From IMG/VR virus record IMGVR_UViG_3300021165_000369, positions 1-32,349 of that record: a stretch of 32,349 nt of DNA; one strand, written 5' to 3'. The position numbers were made by a program, and so were the translations under genes. Source of the DNA: a virus (lineage: Duplodnaviria; Caudoviricetes). How positions within the stretch are numbered: the stretch's first letter is position 1; every line of letters begins with the position of its first letter. The notes under the pieces are model-generated. The model was given only the letters and a program-made list of their open reading frames with translations, was not told the origin of the DNA and searched no databases. Of the stretch, positions 17,711-27,600 are shown in pieces.

Positions 17711-19054
17711 ATGGATTTATATTTAGTTATAAACATTGATGTCAGTAATGATGATTTTCAGATATACATAGATACTAAGGTAGCTAGTAAAGATGAGCCA
17801 AGTTTTACATTTAAAACTGATGCATATACTCCTGCAAAAGGAGACAAATATTATTTCTTACCTGGAGTTAATATCCCAAGGATAAAACTAAAAGATGTTG
17901 CACTAAAACATGGAGTAAGAAATGTAAGAAGTATTGATGATGCTACACATGTATTTGGTAGTAATTCATCACTTTTTAAAATGACAAATAGAAGCTATGA
18001 GTACTTTGTTAAAACTGCAGACTTTCTTGAGTTTATAGAAATTATCAAAGATAATGTAGATGAGTATTACATGGAAAAAGTAACTCAAGCATTTGAATTC
18101 TATACAGGAGATGATATTATTCTTAAAAGAAATATATATACCATAGCTTCGTATAGTGTAAATGATGCTGATTTAAAAGCTGAAATTCTACATTGTAATG
18201 CTTGTACTGATTATGAGAATACTTATTGTTATTCTGCAGATTCTGATTATGTAGATCTTTTCAAAAATCTTCTTACAAAGGAACTATGGAGTGAGGATGC
18301 TTTACTGGTACATGTTAATGGCGACAATGCAGTAACTATTGATGCTGAGATGTATGATCAACTGGCTGATATGTTTAAGAGTTCAGACTCTGATAATCAT
18401 ATTCTGGCTATGGAGATTATGGCTAACTCAAACTATAAGGATAGCTTGTTATATTTAGAGATTCTCTTTAAAGAATTTGAAGGTCAAATGTATAATTCTA
18501 ATACTAGAAAGCATGTAAACTTTAAAAGTTTGCTAGGTTATCTTGGTAAAGAGAACAGCATGAATACTAATTTAAATAATGTAATGGACTCTCTTACTGG
18601 AAAGGGTGTATTAACAATTGATATGCTTAATATTTTAATGGATAGATATAAAGATGAGATTGAGAGATCTGGTGATAATAAATATTTTAAGATTAAAACT
18701 GTTACTGTTAATGAAGCCACTCTAGCTTTATTAAAGACTAACTATACTTACAATCTGCTGGAAGATTATCAACCGGTACCTGTTGATATCTCAGAAGAGG
18801 AAGTAGAAGAATTCCCTGAAATTCACGGAGACCTTGATGATTTAGTAGGTGTCCTTCCGGGGGTTGCTTTAGAGCTTCCTGTTGAGGAAGAAGACCTTGA
18901 AATCACTGATGAAGATATAGAAGATGCATTTACTAATATTGTTAGAGATGAACTCAAGTCAGAGTTAATAGCATTAGAAGAGGAAAGTCCTGAACCTGAA
19001 GAAGAACCAAATAATAATCAAAAAGATGCTACAGACAATTTTGAATGGTTCTGA
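17711..19054 (+). CDS. Protein with BRCT-like N-terminal region, M..S.D.DN module and long acidic tail
   Basis: GDKYYFLPG..IPR.KL......GV..VR....ATHVF resembles BRCT; IDAEMYDQLADMFKSSDSDNHILAMEIM; last ~90 aa very D/E-rich. Confidence 0.7.
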   Translation: MDLYLVINIDVSNDDFQIYIDTKVASKDEPSFTFKTDAYTPAKGDKYYFLPGVNIPRIKLKDVALKHGVRNVRSIDDATHVFGSNSSLFKMTNRSYEYFVKTADFLEFIEIIKDNVDEYYMEKVTQAFEFYTGDDIILKRNIYTIASYSVNDADLKAEILHCNACTDYENTYCYSADSDYVDLFKNLLTKELWSEDALLVHVNGDNAVTIDAEMYDQLADMFKSSDSDNHILAMEIMANSNYKDSLLYLEILFKEFEGQMYNSNTRKHVNFKSLLGYLGKENSMNTNLNNVMDSLTGKGVLTIDMLNILMDRYKDEIERSGDNKYFKIKTVTVNEATLALLKTNYTYNLLEDYQPVPVDISEEEVEEFPEIHGDLDDLVGVLPGVALELPVEEEDLEITDEDIEDAFTNIVRDELKSELIALEEESPEPEEEPNNNQKDATDNFEWF

Positions 19055-20030
19055 TGAACTAGAGAGATTTTATAAGGACAAGTTTTATTTTAGCTACAGT
19101 AGTATAAATAAATTATTGTTCTCACCAAGAATGTTTTACAGTCATTATGTTCTGCAGCAAAGGGAAGATAGTACAGACGCGCACCTGGTAGCAGGACGTG
19201 TTCTGCACTGTCTATTACTTGAGCCAGATAACTTTGACAAGCAGTTTTTGTTACTAAATGGTAAGTTACCAAGTGGTAACAATAAAATAATTATTGATTT
19301 AATTTTTAAATATCACTTGTCAATTGGAAATGATTCATTAACTTTGTCTGATTACTCTCCAGAGATACTCTCACACCTACTTACAATTAACTTACACCAA
19401 GCACTTAAAACAGATCAACAAAGATTGGATAAAATTCTTGTTGATGAGAATAAGCTTTACTTTGAGTTTCTAAAAGAGAGCTCAGGTAAAACAGTTGTGG
19501 ACCAAGAAACCCTAGATGGCTGTAAGTCAGGGCTTGAAGTACTAAAACTAAACTCATCTGTAAGAGCATTATTGCAACTTGACAAAACTGATGAAGATGA
19601 CCATGTTGAGGTCTACAATGAGTTGCAACTACAAGTAGATATAGCAGGTCTCCCATTTGGATTCAAAGGTTTTGTTGACAATCTAGTTATTGATCATGAC
19701 TCAAAAAACATCTTTATTAATGACTTAAAGACTCTTGGTAAGTCCATACAAGACTTTCCTGATTCTGTAGAGTATTATAGATACTGGATACAAGCAGTAA
19801 TCTATATGAATATGGTTAAAGAAAAGTATAATTTGGAAGGTTATGCATATCATATTACTTTTATAGTGATAGATAAGTATAATCAAGTTTATCCTTACCA
19901 AGTGTCTTCAGAAACACTAGTTCAATGGAGTGAAAAGTTTGAAGAAGTAGTGACCAAAGTAAAATGGCACTATGAAAACAAACAGTATGACCTACCATAT
20001 GAGCTAGCTTTAGGTAATGTAAAACTGTAG
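19026..20030 (+). CDS. PD-(D/E)XK exonuclease (RecE/ExoVIII-like)
   Basis: SYSSI, G...HC.LLEP, E...KG.VD...INDLKT, Y.Y..QA..Y. Confidence 0.85.
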   Translation: MLQTILNGSDELERFYKDKFYFSYSSINKLLFSPRMFYSHYVLQQREDSTDAHLVAGRVLHCLLLEPDNFDKQFLLLNGKLPSGNNKIIIDLIFKYHLSIGNDSLTLSDYSPEILSHLLTINLHQALKTDQQRLDKILVDENKLYFEFLKESSGKTVVDQETLDGCKSGLEVLKLNSSVRALLQLDKTDEDDHVEVYNELQLQVDIAGLPFGFKGFVDNLVIDHDSKNIFINDLKTLGKSIQDFPDSVEYYRYWIQAVIYMNMVKEKYNLEGYAYHITFIVIDKYNQVYPYQVSSETLVQWSEKFEEVVTKVKWHYENKQYDLPYELALGNVKL

Positions 20031-20034
20031 CAAC

Positions 20035-20604
20035 ATGATAATTAATGCGCTTTATAAGAAGTACTTTCAGAAGTCCAAGATATTTTTATATCCGCTCTTG
20101 GACATTAAAAGGGGGACCAGTGTAGTACCAGAAGAAACCTATTTAGGTTGGGACACACATGTAACTCCCGAGGATATGAAATTAGTATGTGTTTATCACA
20201 CTAGAACTGATGTAGAATATGTTAACTTTGAGAAGAATGTTTTACTTAAACATACAAGGCTATCTGACTATGTAGTATTTGGTGACAAAACAGTATTCAC
20301 ATTTGATTTTTCTGATTTAGAGAAGGACTGGTTCCATATAGCATATGGTAGATACAGTAAAGTGAGTAATAATATAAAGCGTAAAATATTAGGATTCTTT
20401 GACCCAAAAACAGGTAACTATGTTTATGTTACTAGCTATCTCTATCCTGAGAAACACTTTCAAACTTATGCTGATTTACTTGGCGTGAATGTAGAAATGC
20501 TAAAATCAGTAGGAGAATTATGTGATAAACCTAACCTTGACAAAGAAAATTTAGTACTAGAAGTAGCAAATTTGGAAAATATAGAAAAAACAGTAAATTT
20601 GTAA
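20035..20604 (+). CDS. Hypothetical protein
   Basis: 189-aa ORF in the operon. Confidence 0.75.
   Translation: MIINALYKKYFQKSKIFLYPLLDIKRGTSVVPEETYLGWDTHVTPEDMKLVCVYHTRTDVEYVNFEKNVLLKHTRLSDYVVFGDKTVFTFDFSDLEKDWFHIAYGRYSKVSNNIKRKILGFFDPKTGNYVYVTSYLYPEKHFQTYADLLGVNVEMLKSVGELCDKPNLDKENLVLEVANLENIEKTVNL
20571..20601 (+). promoter_or_regulatory. Bacteroidota primary-sigma promoter
   Basis: TTTG (20571-74), 19 nt, TAAATTTG (20594-601); 21 nt before ATG 20623. Confidence 0.65.
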
Positions 20605-20622
20605 AAAATTAAACCAACAACA

Positions 20623-20985
20623 ATGAGTGAAAACACAATGATGCTTGTTCAGGCCACATGGAATGAAAAGCAGACCTTTAGAATGATTCCAATTTCCGAA
20701 TCTTGCCCTTATGTAGAATGTATCATGGATCCAGATACAAAAGTATTTGTAGTTATTTCTAAGATTAGAAAAACTGCATTACATATGTTACCAAAACTGG
20801 ATGAATATGGTCAACCTTCTATGGGTGCTAAAGGCCGTAAGGAAGAGAGACATCAAATTGAAGTATTCCAAGAATTCTATGTAGAAGATAAGGAAGCAGT
20901 TGATGAATTAATTAAACTTTTTGCAGTTAATGCTAAGAAGTTTGATTACAAGAAATTTATGACTGAAGCTACAACTGAAGCATAA
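20623..20985 (+). CDS. Hypothetical protein
   Basis: 120-aa ORF with its own predicted promoter and terminator. Confidence 0.8.
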   Translation: MSENTMMLVQATWNEKQTFRMIPISESCPYVECIMDPDTKVFVVISKIRKTALHMLPKLDEYGQPSMGAKGRKEERHQIEVFQEFYVEDKEAVDELIKLFAVNAKKFDYKKFMTEATTEA

Positions 20986-21000
20986 ATGATTGGCGCCTGA

Positions 21001-21037
21001 AGGAGAAGAGGGTGGTTTGGACACACCCTCTTTTTTT
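21001..21037 (+). terminator. Intrinsic terminator
   Basis: agagggtg-gtttggaca-caccctct followed by a T run. Confidence 0.75.
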
Positions 21038-21076
21038 ATTTACTTAAACGGGGGAACAGCTTAACTGAACTAGCTT

Positions 21077-23014
21077 ATGAGAACACATTGGGTAATGGAT
21101 TTAGAAACAATGACAAATCTTTTTGTTGCTGTATTTCAGGATTATAAAACAAGTACTACTAAAACTTTTATTATTCATCCTCCAACTAAGAGAAATGACA
21201 TTAAAGAGTTAATTGATTTTCTAAAAAGAAATATTGATTTATCTGAATGGCATGTTAGCTTTAATGGTTTAAGTTTTGATTCACAAATTATTCAAGATAT
21301 TATAAAGAATAGAAAAACTTTTTTAAAATATACAAATGAAGAATTAGTTAGTGCTCTATATGAGGTTGCTCAAGATACTATTTCTAAAAGTAAAAGTCAA
21401 GAATTTTCTAAATATCCTGAGTGGAAATTAAGTATTCAACAACTTGATGTATTTAAGATAAATCATTGGGATAATTCTAATAAAAGAACTTCTTTAAAAT
21501 GGTCTCAGTTTAGTATGGATTGGTCAAAGTTGCAAGACATGCCAATTCATCATACTACTAATGTATATACCCAGGAAGATGTTGATCAGGTAGTTAACTA
21601 TTGTATTAATGATGTTGAGTCAACTAAAAAAATAATGGTACTATCTAAACCTTTAATTGATGTAAGAATCAAAATCAAAAGTAAATATGGTTTAAATTGT
21701 TATAACTATTCTAATACTAGATTAGGTAGTGAATTATTATTAAAACTATATTGTGAAGCTACAGGTAAAGATAAAAAGGATGTTAGGGATAGTAGAACTT
21801 ACAGAGATGGTGTAAAAATATCTGATATATTATTTTCTTATATAAAGTTTGAGACAGCACCTTTTGAGATATTTTTAGATAAAATAAGAACTAAAGTTAT
21901 TTATGATACTAAAAATGATTTTAAATATCAGTTAAGATTTAAAGGTTATGAATTCTTCTATGGTGCTGGTGGTATTCATCAGTGTATTAGTCCTGGAATT
22001 TATTTAGCAGATGATGAGTATATTATTAAAGACTTAGATGTAGCCTCACTATATCCAAGTATAGCATGTGTTAATGAGATGTTTCCGGCACATTTAGGAA
22101 AAGAGTTTTTTCAAGTCTACAAAGAAGATATTGTAGATGTAAGATTAGGTGAAAAAGCTAAACCTAAAGACCAAAGAGACATGGCTATTATTGAAGGATT
22201 TAAGGAAGCGGCTAATGCAAGCTATGGTAATAGTAATTCAGAGTACTCATGGTTGTATGATACTTCTTATACTATGCAAACTACAATTAATGGTCAACTT
22301 CTATTAAGCATGCTTGTTGAAAAGTTACTGATTAAAATTCCAGATGCGGTATTATTACAAACAAATACAGATGGTGCTACTTTTAAGTTTAAAAAAGAAT
22401 ACTTGCCTACTTATGAAGAAATTTGTAAAGAATGGGAAGAACTTACTAAATTAACTTTAGAGTATGCTGATTATAAAGCTATGTATATCTGGGATGTTAA
22501 TAATTATATTAGTGTATATACAGATGGTAAAGCTAAGTGTAAAGGTAGATTTGAATGGGAAGATTTGGAAAAACATAAATATTCCCATTTACATAAAAAC
22601 AAGAGTAATTTAATTGTAGCTAAAGCTATTTTTAACTATTTTGTTAATGGTATTGATCCAGAAACATATTTAAAATCTAGTACTAATATCTTTGACTACT
22701 GTAGTGGTGTAAAAATTAAAGGTGATTGGCATTTTGTAGAACATGTTGTTACTAATGGAAACTATTGTACTAAAAATTTACAACACACTTTAAGATATTA
22801 TATTTCTAAATCAGGTAGTAAAATAATTAAAGTAAATAAAAATGATAGTAGACAAATTCAAATTGAGGCTGGACCTTGGCTTCAAACTTTGTATATAAAT
22901 CATGAAGAAAAAGATATTTCTGAATATAATATTAATTATGATTATTATTTACAAAATATAAAAAAAGAGATAGAAGGTTTAGAACCTAAATTACAACAAT
23001 TAAAATTATTTTAA
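21077..23014 (+). CDS. polB: Family B DNA polymerase with 3'-5' exonuclease
   Basis: ExoI DLE, ExoII FNG..FD, ExoIII YC.ND, motif A DVASLYP, motif B K...N.SYG, motif C NTDG; ends QLKLF. Confidence 0.93.
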   Translation: MRTHWVMDLETMTNLFVAVFQDYKTSTTKTFIIHPPTKRNDIKELIDFLKRNIDLSEWHVSFNGLSFDSQIIQDIIKNRKTFLKYTNEELVSALYEVAQDTISKSKSQEFSKYPEWKLSIQQLDVFKINHWDNSNKRTSLKWSQFSMDWSKLQDMPIHHTTNVYTQEDVDQVVNYCINDVESTKKIMVLSKPLIDVRIKIKSKYGLNCYNYSNTRLGSELLLKLYCEATGKDKKDVRDSRTYRDGVKISDILFSYIKFETAPFEIFLDKIRTKVIYDTKNDFKYQLRFKGYEFFYGAGGIHQCISPGIYLADDEYIIKDLDVASLYPSIACVNEMFPAHLGKEFFQVYKEDIVDVRLGEKAKPKDQRDMAIIEGFKEAANASYGNSNSEYSWLYDTSYTMQTTINGQLLLSMLVEKLLIKIPDAVLLQTNTDGATFKFKKEYLPTYEEICKEWEELTKLTLEYADYKAMYIWDVNNYISVYTDGKAKCKGRFEWEDLEKHKYSHLHKNKSNLIVAKAIFNYFVNGIDPETYLKSSTNIFDYCSGVKIKGDWHFVEHVVTNGNYCTKNLQHTLRYYISKSGSKIIKVNKNDSRQIQIEAGPWLQTLYINHEEKDISEYNINYDYYLQNIKKEIEGLEPKLQQLKLF

Positions 23015-24132
23015 TGCCAAAGAAAATTCAAGAGTATGGAAAAGCACACTTAATAAGTGTAGCTCTTCCAGCTCATGGGGAAACTTATACAGTTATCTCT
23101 CATGAGTCAGTAATTAATATGTCAAGCACTGCTTTAACAAATGCAGGGTTTGCCATTATAGAAGAAGAATACAGAGCTACTGCAGATGGTCAGGTTGCTC
23201 AGGGTATTTATAAATTGAATTATATGGGAGACCCAGAGCTCTCAATGATGTTTGCATGGACAAACAGTTATAACAAACAAGTAAGATTTAAATGTGGTGT
23301 TGGTGCTTATGTAAATAAAACCGGAACTGTAATGGTTTGCGGTGATATAGGAAGCTGGTCTAGAAAGCATACTGGAACTGCAGACACGGAGACACAGGAG
23401 ACAATAGATGAACAAGTAGCTAATGCTCACATGTATTATGATCAGTTGTGTGCTGATAAAACTGCTATGGAATCAATTACTATGAATAAAAGAAAACAAG
23501 CTCAGATGCTTGGTATCTTATTTGCAGAGTATCAGATTCTTACTACAGAACAAGCTAGTATAATCAGAGACCAGATGAAGAGACCTAGTCATGTATATAG
23601 TGATAGTAATAGCTTATGGGCTTTTTATAACTATGTAACTATAGCATTACAGCAATCTCATCCAAAAACTTGGATGGAAGACCAAAGGATTCTTCATATG
23701 TTTATCTCTGAAGTAAATAGATTTGCTCCTGTAAATGCACCAGCTCCATTATATGTTGCAACACCAATTGTAACTGAGTCAGAGTTTGTTGATCCTAATC
23801 AGATAAATCTATTAGATCAGATTGCAGACTTGGAAGCAGATCAAATGGATGAAGATGTTAGATATGCTGAAGCGGAACTAGCTGATAATCAAGTGGTGCA
23901 AGAAGAGGTAGAAATAGAACCCGTTGTGCACCAGTCTGAGGAAATCATTCTAAGTGCTATTGAAGCTGAGGAAGTTCCATTAGAATTAGATGAGATTGTA
24001 CAGTATACTGACCCAGCAGGTAATACATTTATAGCTCCAATAGTTATAGATGACTTTGCTGAGGAAGATAATTTTGATTTGGATTTTACCGAAACTGAAA
24101 AAGAAACTGGAGAAGCTCCAGACTTTTTCTAA
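23014..24132 (+). CDS. DUF932-like protein with long acidic C-terminal extension
   Basis: Y..ISH, NSYNK...F..G.G, H.G, LW.FYN.VT motifs; family name from recall. Confidence 0.7.
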   Translation: MPKKIQEYGKAHLISVALPAHGETYTVISHESVINMSSTALTNAGFAIIEEEYRATADGQVAQGIYKLNYMGDPELSMMFAWTNSYNKQVRFKCGVGAYVNKTGTVMVCGDIGSWSRKHTGTADTETQETIDEQVANAHMYYDQLCADKTAMESITMNKRKQAQMLGILFAEYQILTTEQASIIRDQMKRPSHVYSDSNSLWAFYNYVTIALQQSHPKTWMEDQRILHMFISEVNRFAPVNAPAPLYVATPIVTESEFVDPNQINLLDQIADLEADQMDEDVRYAEAELADNQVVQEEVEIEPVVHQSEEIILSAIEAEEVPLELDEIVQYTDPAGNTFIAPIVIDDFAEEDNFDLDFTETEKETGEAPDFF

Positions 24133-24165
24133 GAACCTGTTTTCAGGATTAATAAGTTAACAATT

Positions 24166-24197
24166 AAGGGAGTACAGAAATGTATTCCCTTTTTTTT
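24166..24197 (+). terminator. Intrinsic terminator
   Basis: aagggagtaca-gaaa-tgtattccctt followed by a T run. Confidence 0.8.
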
Positions 24198-24204
24198 ATC
24201 TTTG
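24197..24204 (+). promoter_or_regulatory. Possible -7 element (TAnnTTTG)
   Basis: TATCTTTG directly after the terminator and upstream of ATG 24232; no clear -33 TTG. Confidence 0.35.
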
Positions 24205-24231
24205 AATATAAAACAACTTAAACTTATACAA

Positions 24232-24411
24232 ATGCATCCAATAACATTTAGAAAAAAGATGATTGAAGCTTACATGGCAGGAGCTGAAGCTATGGAAAGT
24301 GGAGATATTGATGTTCCTAGTAAAAAAGAAGCCAAGGATTGGTTTGATAATGAATATGGTATTCAAGAATCAGAAAAATGTGACTGTTGTGAAGATGAAT
24401 TCCACTCTTAA
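24232..24411 (+). CDS. Small hypothetical protein (59 aa)
   Basis: MHPITFRKKMIEAYMAG...CDCC; ATG 24232 with an A-rich leader preferred to TTG 24202. Confidence 0.65.
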   Translation: MHPITFRKKMIEAYMAGAEAMESGDIDVPSKKEAKDWFDNEYGIQESEKCDCCEDEFHS

Positions 24412-24649
24412 ATGCTTTCAATGTAGTGTGGATAAACCACTAGAGAAATATAAAGATAATACTAGACATTATCAGATAAAGAGTTATAAGGGTAAATGCA
24501 TGGTTTGTAAAGCATGTTCTTTCCATAATGCTCTTGATAAACTTTCTATAGTTAGATTTGATTTTGAAGAGAATAAGTTTAAACTAATAAAGTTTAATAA
24601 CAAATATGAAGTCTTAGACTTCTTTGATAATGAAGGGGGAGAGCTGTAA
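24395..24649 (+). CDS. Small zinc-finger protein
   Basis: MNSTLKCFQC..DKPL..Y...CKAC; two CxxC pairs. Confidence 0.7.
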   Translation: MNSTLKCFQCSVDKPLEKYKDNTRHYQIKSYKGKCMVCKACSFHNALDKLSIVRFDFEENKFKLIKFNNKYEVLDFFDNEGGEL

Positions 24650-24669
24650 TGGCTTTCCCCTTTTTTTTT
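24632..24669. terminator. Terminator at the convergence of the two transcription arms
   Basis: gaagggggagagct-gtaat-ggctttcccc followed by T9; lies between convergent genes. T tail is clear on + only. Confidence 0.8.
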
Positions 24670-24679
24670 CTTACCTGAT

Positions 24680-27600
24680 TTATTGTCCCCCTATTCTAGA
24701 ACCACTTTGTGCTTGGTTCTTTATACTTGTAACAGGATCACCTGATCCTCCTGTAAATCCAACTGCTTTAAATATTTTATTCCAGATTTTTAATTCATCT
24801 TTTTGATCCCACCAGTAGGGTCCAGTATCTTTTTCATATCTAGGCATATCATCAAATGTAACAAATGAAGCTACATCACCTAACATTTGAATATATAATA
24901 TTACTGTATTATACCATGATGTTGATGTTGATGTTACCATTTTAGCATAGTCATCAGCTCCTAGATTCATTCCAAATACACTTGGTAATGGTATGAATGC
25001 ACTTGTCTCAGCTTGAACACCTAACATTAAGTTTAACATGTGATTTGACATAAAACCATATGTATTAAAGTTATCCTGATTTATAGCACCAGATTTATCT
25101 TTTAGTTTTTCCCACTTGTCATCATCATCTGGATCAAAGCCAAAGATCATTGATGCTAATACTGAAAACATAATAGTTGTCAGACCTTCAGTAGCAAATC
25201 TTCTAAAGTCTGATTTCTCTTCAGGAGTTAAATATTGATAGTCTCTAAATTTAGATTTTAATACTTTAGTAATTACTTGAAATGCTGTTATGTAATATCC
25301 TTTAGTGTACTTACCTAATGCCCAGTCATATCTTTCACCACCTCTTGTCATTTCTAATGTTTTGGTATCCATACCAAATCTGTTTACAAACATAGGTGTA
25401 AACCATTTTCTCATAAAAAAGAACATACGGTAGATAAGTAATTTATTACCTTCTGGTTGGCCCATTCTATCATATACACCAAATAGTCTTCTTGAAGTAC
25501 CCTGCAGTCTATTTTTAAATGCCTTAAATTTTTCAGATTTAGCAATAACTATTTCTTGACCATCTTCCAATTGGATCTCAGATTTAATTCTGTTTTTAGC
25601 TTTTAACTCAACTACATCAATATAATACTTGGCAGCTATTTCTTCTAAAGTTTCACCTTTACTATATATATGAAAGACTGATGTATTATTCCATCCTGGA
25701 TGTACTCCTTCTTTTAATTTAAGAATACCATTTGCATCTTTTTCCCATGCATCTACATACCTAATACTTTTTATTGTGCCATTTTTTAATTTTTGATCAA
25801 CTTTTTGACCATGTAGAAATGCTCCAAATAGTTTCATAGCTACAGACATCTCACCAAACTTTCTATGCATGTATAACCATTCAGCATTTACTAAGTCTTT
25901 TAGCATAGATCTTGTTACTTCTCTACCAAACTCATCAGTTGTTTTAAAGTTAGGATCAAACATTTGTATCAACTGACCAGACTCAGAACCAGGACCTACA
26001 GCATAGATATCTTTTGTAGTCCAGTCTAGCATTGCTTTTGTTGCCCATGGTGTAGATAGTGCTATGTCTTTTAGTGTAATAAATTCAGCTCCGGCAGCTT
26101 CAATAATTTCTTGAATATAACCTGAGAACTGATTCTTTAATGCTGAAGGTATATTAACAGCAAGAGAACTTACAGTAGAAAATCCTTGTATATTACTTAA
26201 GAATTTAGCAACTCTTGGATTTGTTTCATCAATACCCTCTACATTTTTACCAGAATACTCTCTTTGTATAAGAGATCTTACTTGACCAAGTCTATTATTA
26301 CTAGCTCCCGGTTTGTTTGCTTTTTGCAAGATACCTCTTATACTAAACATACCTTTAGAAAATGCTTCTAGTTCTTTAGGTTGATTAGCTGGATCTTCAA
26401 GTGTAGATAATACACTTTCTACAAGTGGTAAACTTTCTAATAATTTACCTTGTGTCTGAATAGATAAAGCATACTTAAACATTCCTTGTAGAACATCTGC
26501 ATCTGTGATAGAGTCATCTAAGTTATAAATACCTGTTACTGGTATATAAGATACTTGATTACCGTCAAGGTCAGTATTTACAAGGTTGTTTTTAGGATCA
26601 TAATTTAAATCATTTTGTTCATAATCAGCAACTGACTTATTCCATGTTTGAGACCACCATGCTTTAATATTAGTAGATAGTTCTTTGTATCTTTCACCAT
26701 ATGCTCCTCTTTGAAATGCTTGGTAAATATCTAATTTTTTAGTTGCATATCTTGGTAAGTCTAAATAAAGTTTACCATAACCACTCATACCTTCTTGATT
26801 ACTCAAATGATATGCTTTCATAGCCTCAAGTAATTTAAACTGAGCTGAGTTAGGGTTTGAACTTATTTGAGCATATTTTTTACTCATAAACTTTCCATCT
26901 CTAGCACTGTGTCTTTCTTTAGGACCAAACTTTCTTGGCAACCAGTTACCCTTATTGTCTTTGTATTGACCAATATAATCTGTCCAAGCCTCTCCTAATG
27001 GTATAGTTCTGTATTCATTTTTAACATCATACCTTGAGTGTCTTACATTTGGTACACCCATTATAGAAATAGTTTCACCAGTTTCTGTATCAATGATTTT
27101 TGTGGTTTCAATATACTCAGAATCACTTGGTACTATAAATGAATTGGCAGAAGTTCTTTGATATATAGTAACTTTTTTCTTTAATTCTCTATCATAAACT
27201 TCTCTTTGAACATGGTTTAATTCAAACCAGTTTTTGAAATTGTCATCTTGATCTAGTAACTGTTGAAAGTCTGCTTCATTTATATAGTCATCTACTCTTT
27301 CTTCAGTAACTTCACCAATATTTTGTTTTGATAAGTTAAAGTTTAAAGTCTCTAAGTAATATTCAGTTGGTCTTCTATTTGATAAATCACTTAATTCAGA
27401 GATAAGTTGTTTTATTCTGTTTGAATCTTCTGGATTTATACCTTGGTCTTTCTGTAGTTTTAATAAATAAAGATATCTAGCTGCTTCAGGTGAACCAGTT
27501 TGTATTTGACCTTTTTTAGCTTTGTCAATTAGTAAATCTAGTTCTTGTGAATCTTCAAGTGATAAACCAGTTCTCTTATCAAACTTAGCTCTAAAGTTTA

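Noticed and set aside
8258-23014. Inteins in DnaB or PolB
   Set aside because: Motif spacing is compact; no C...HN splice junctions or LAGLIDADG blocks seen.
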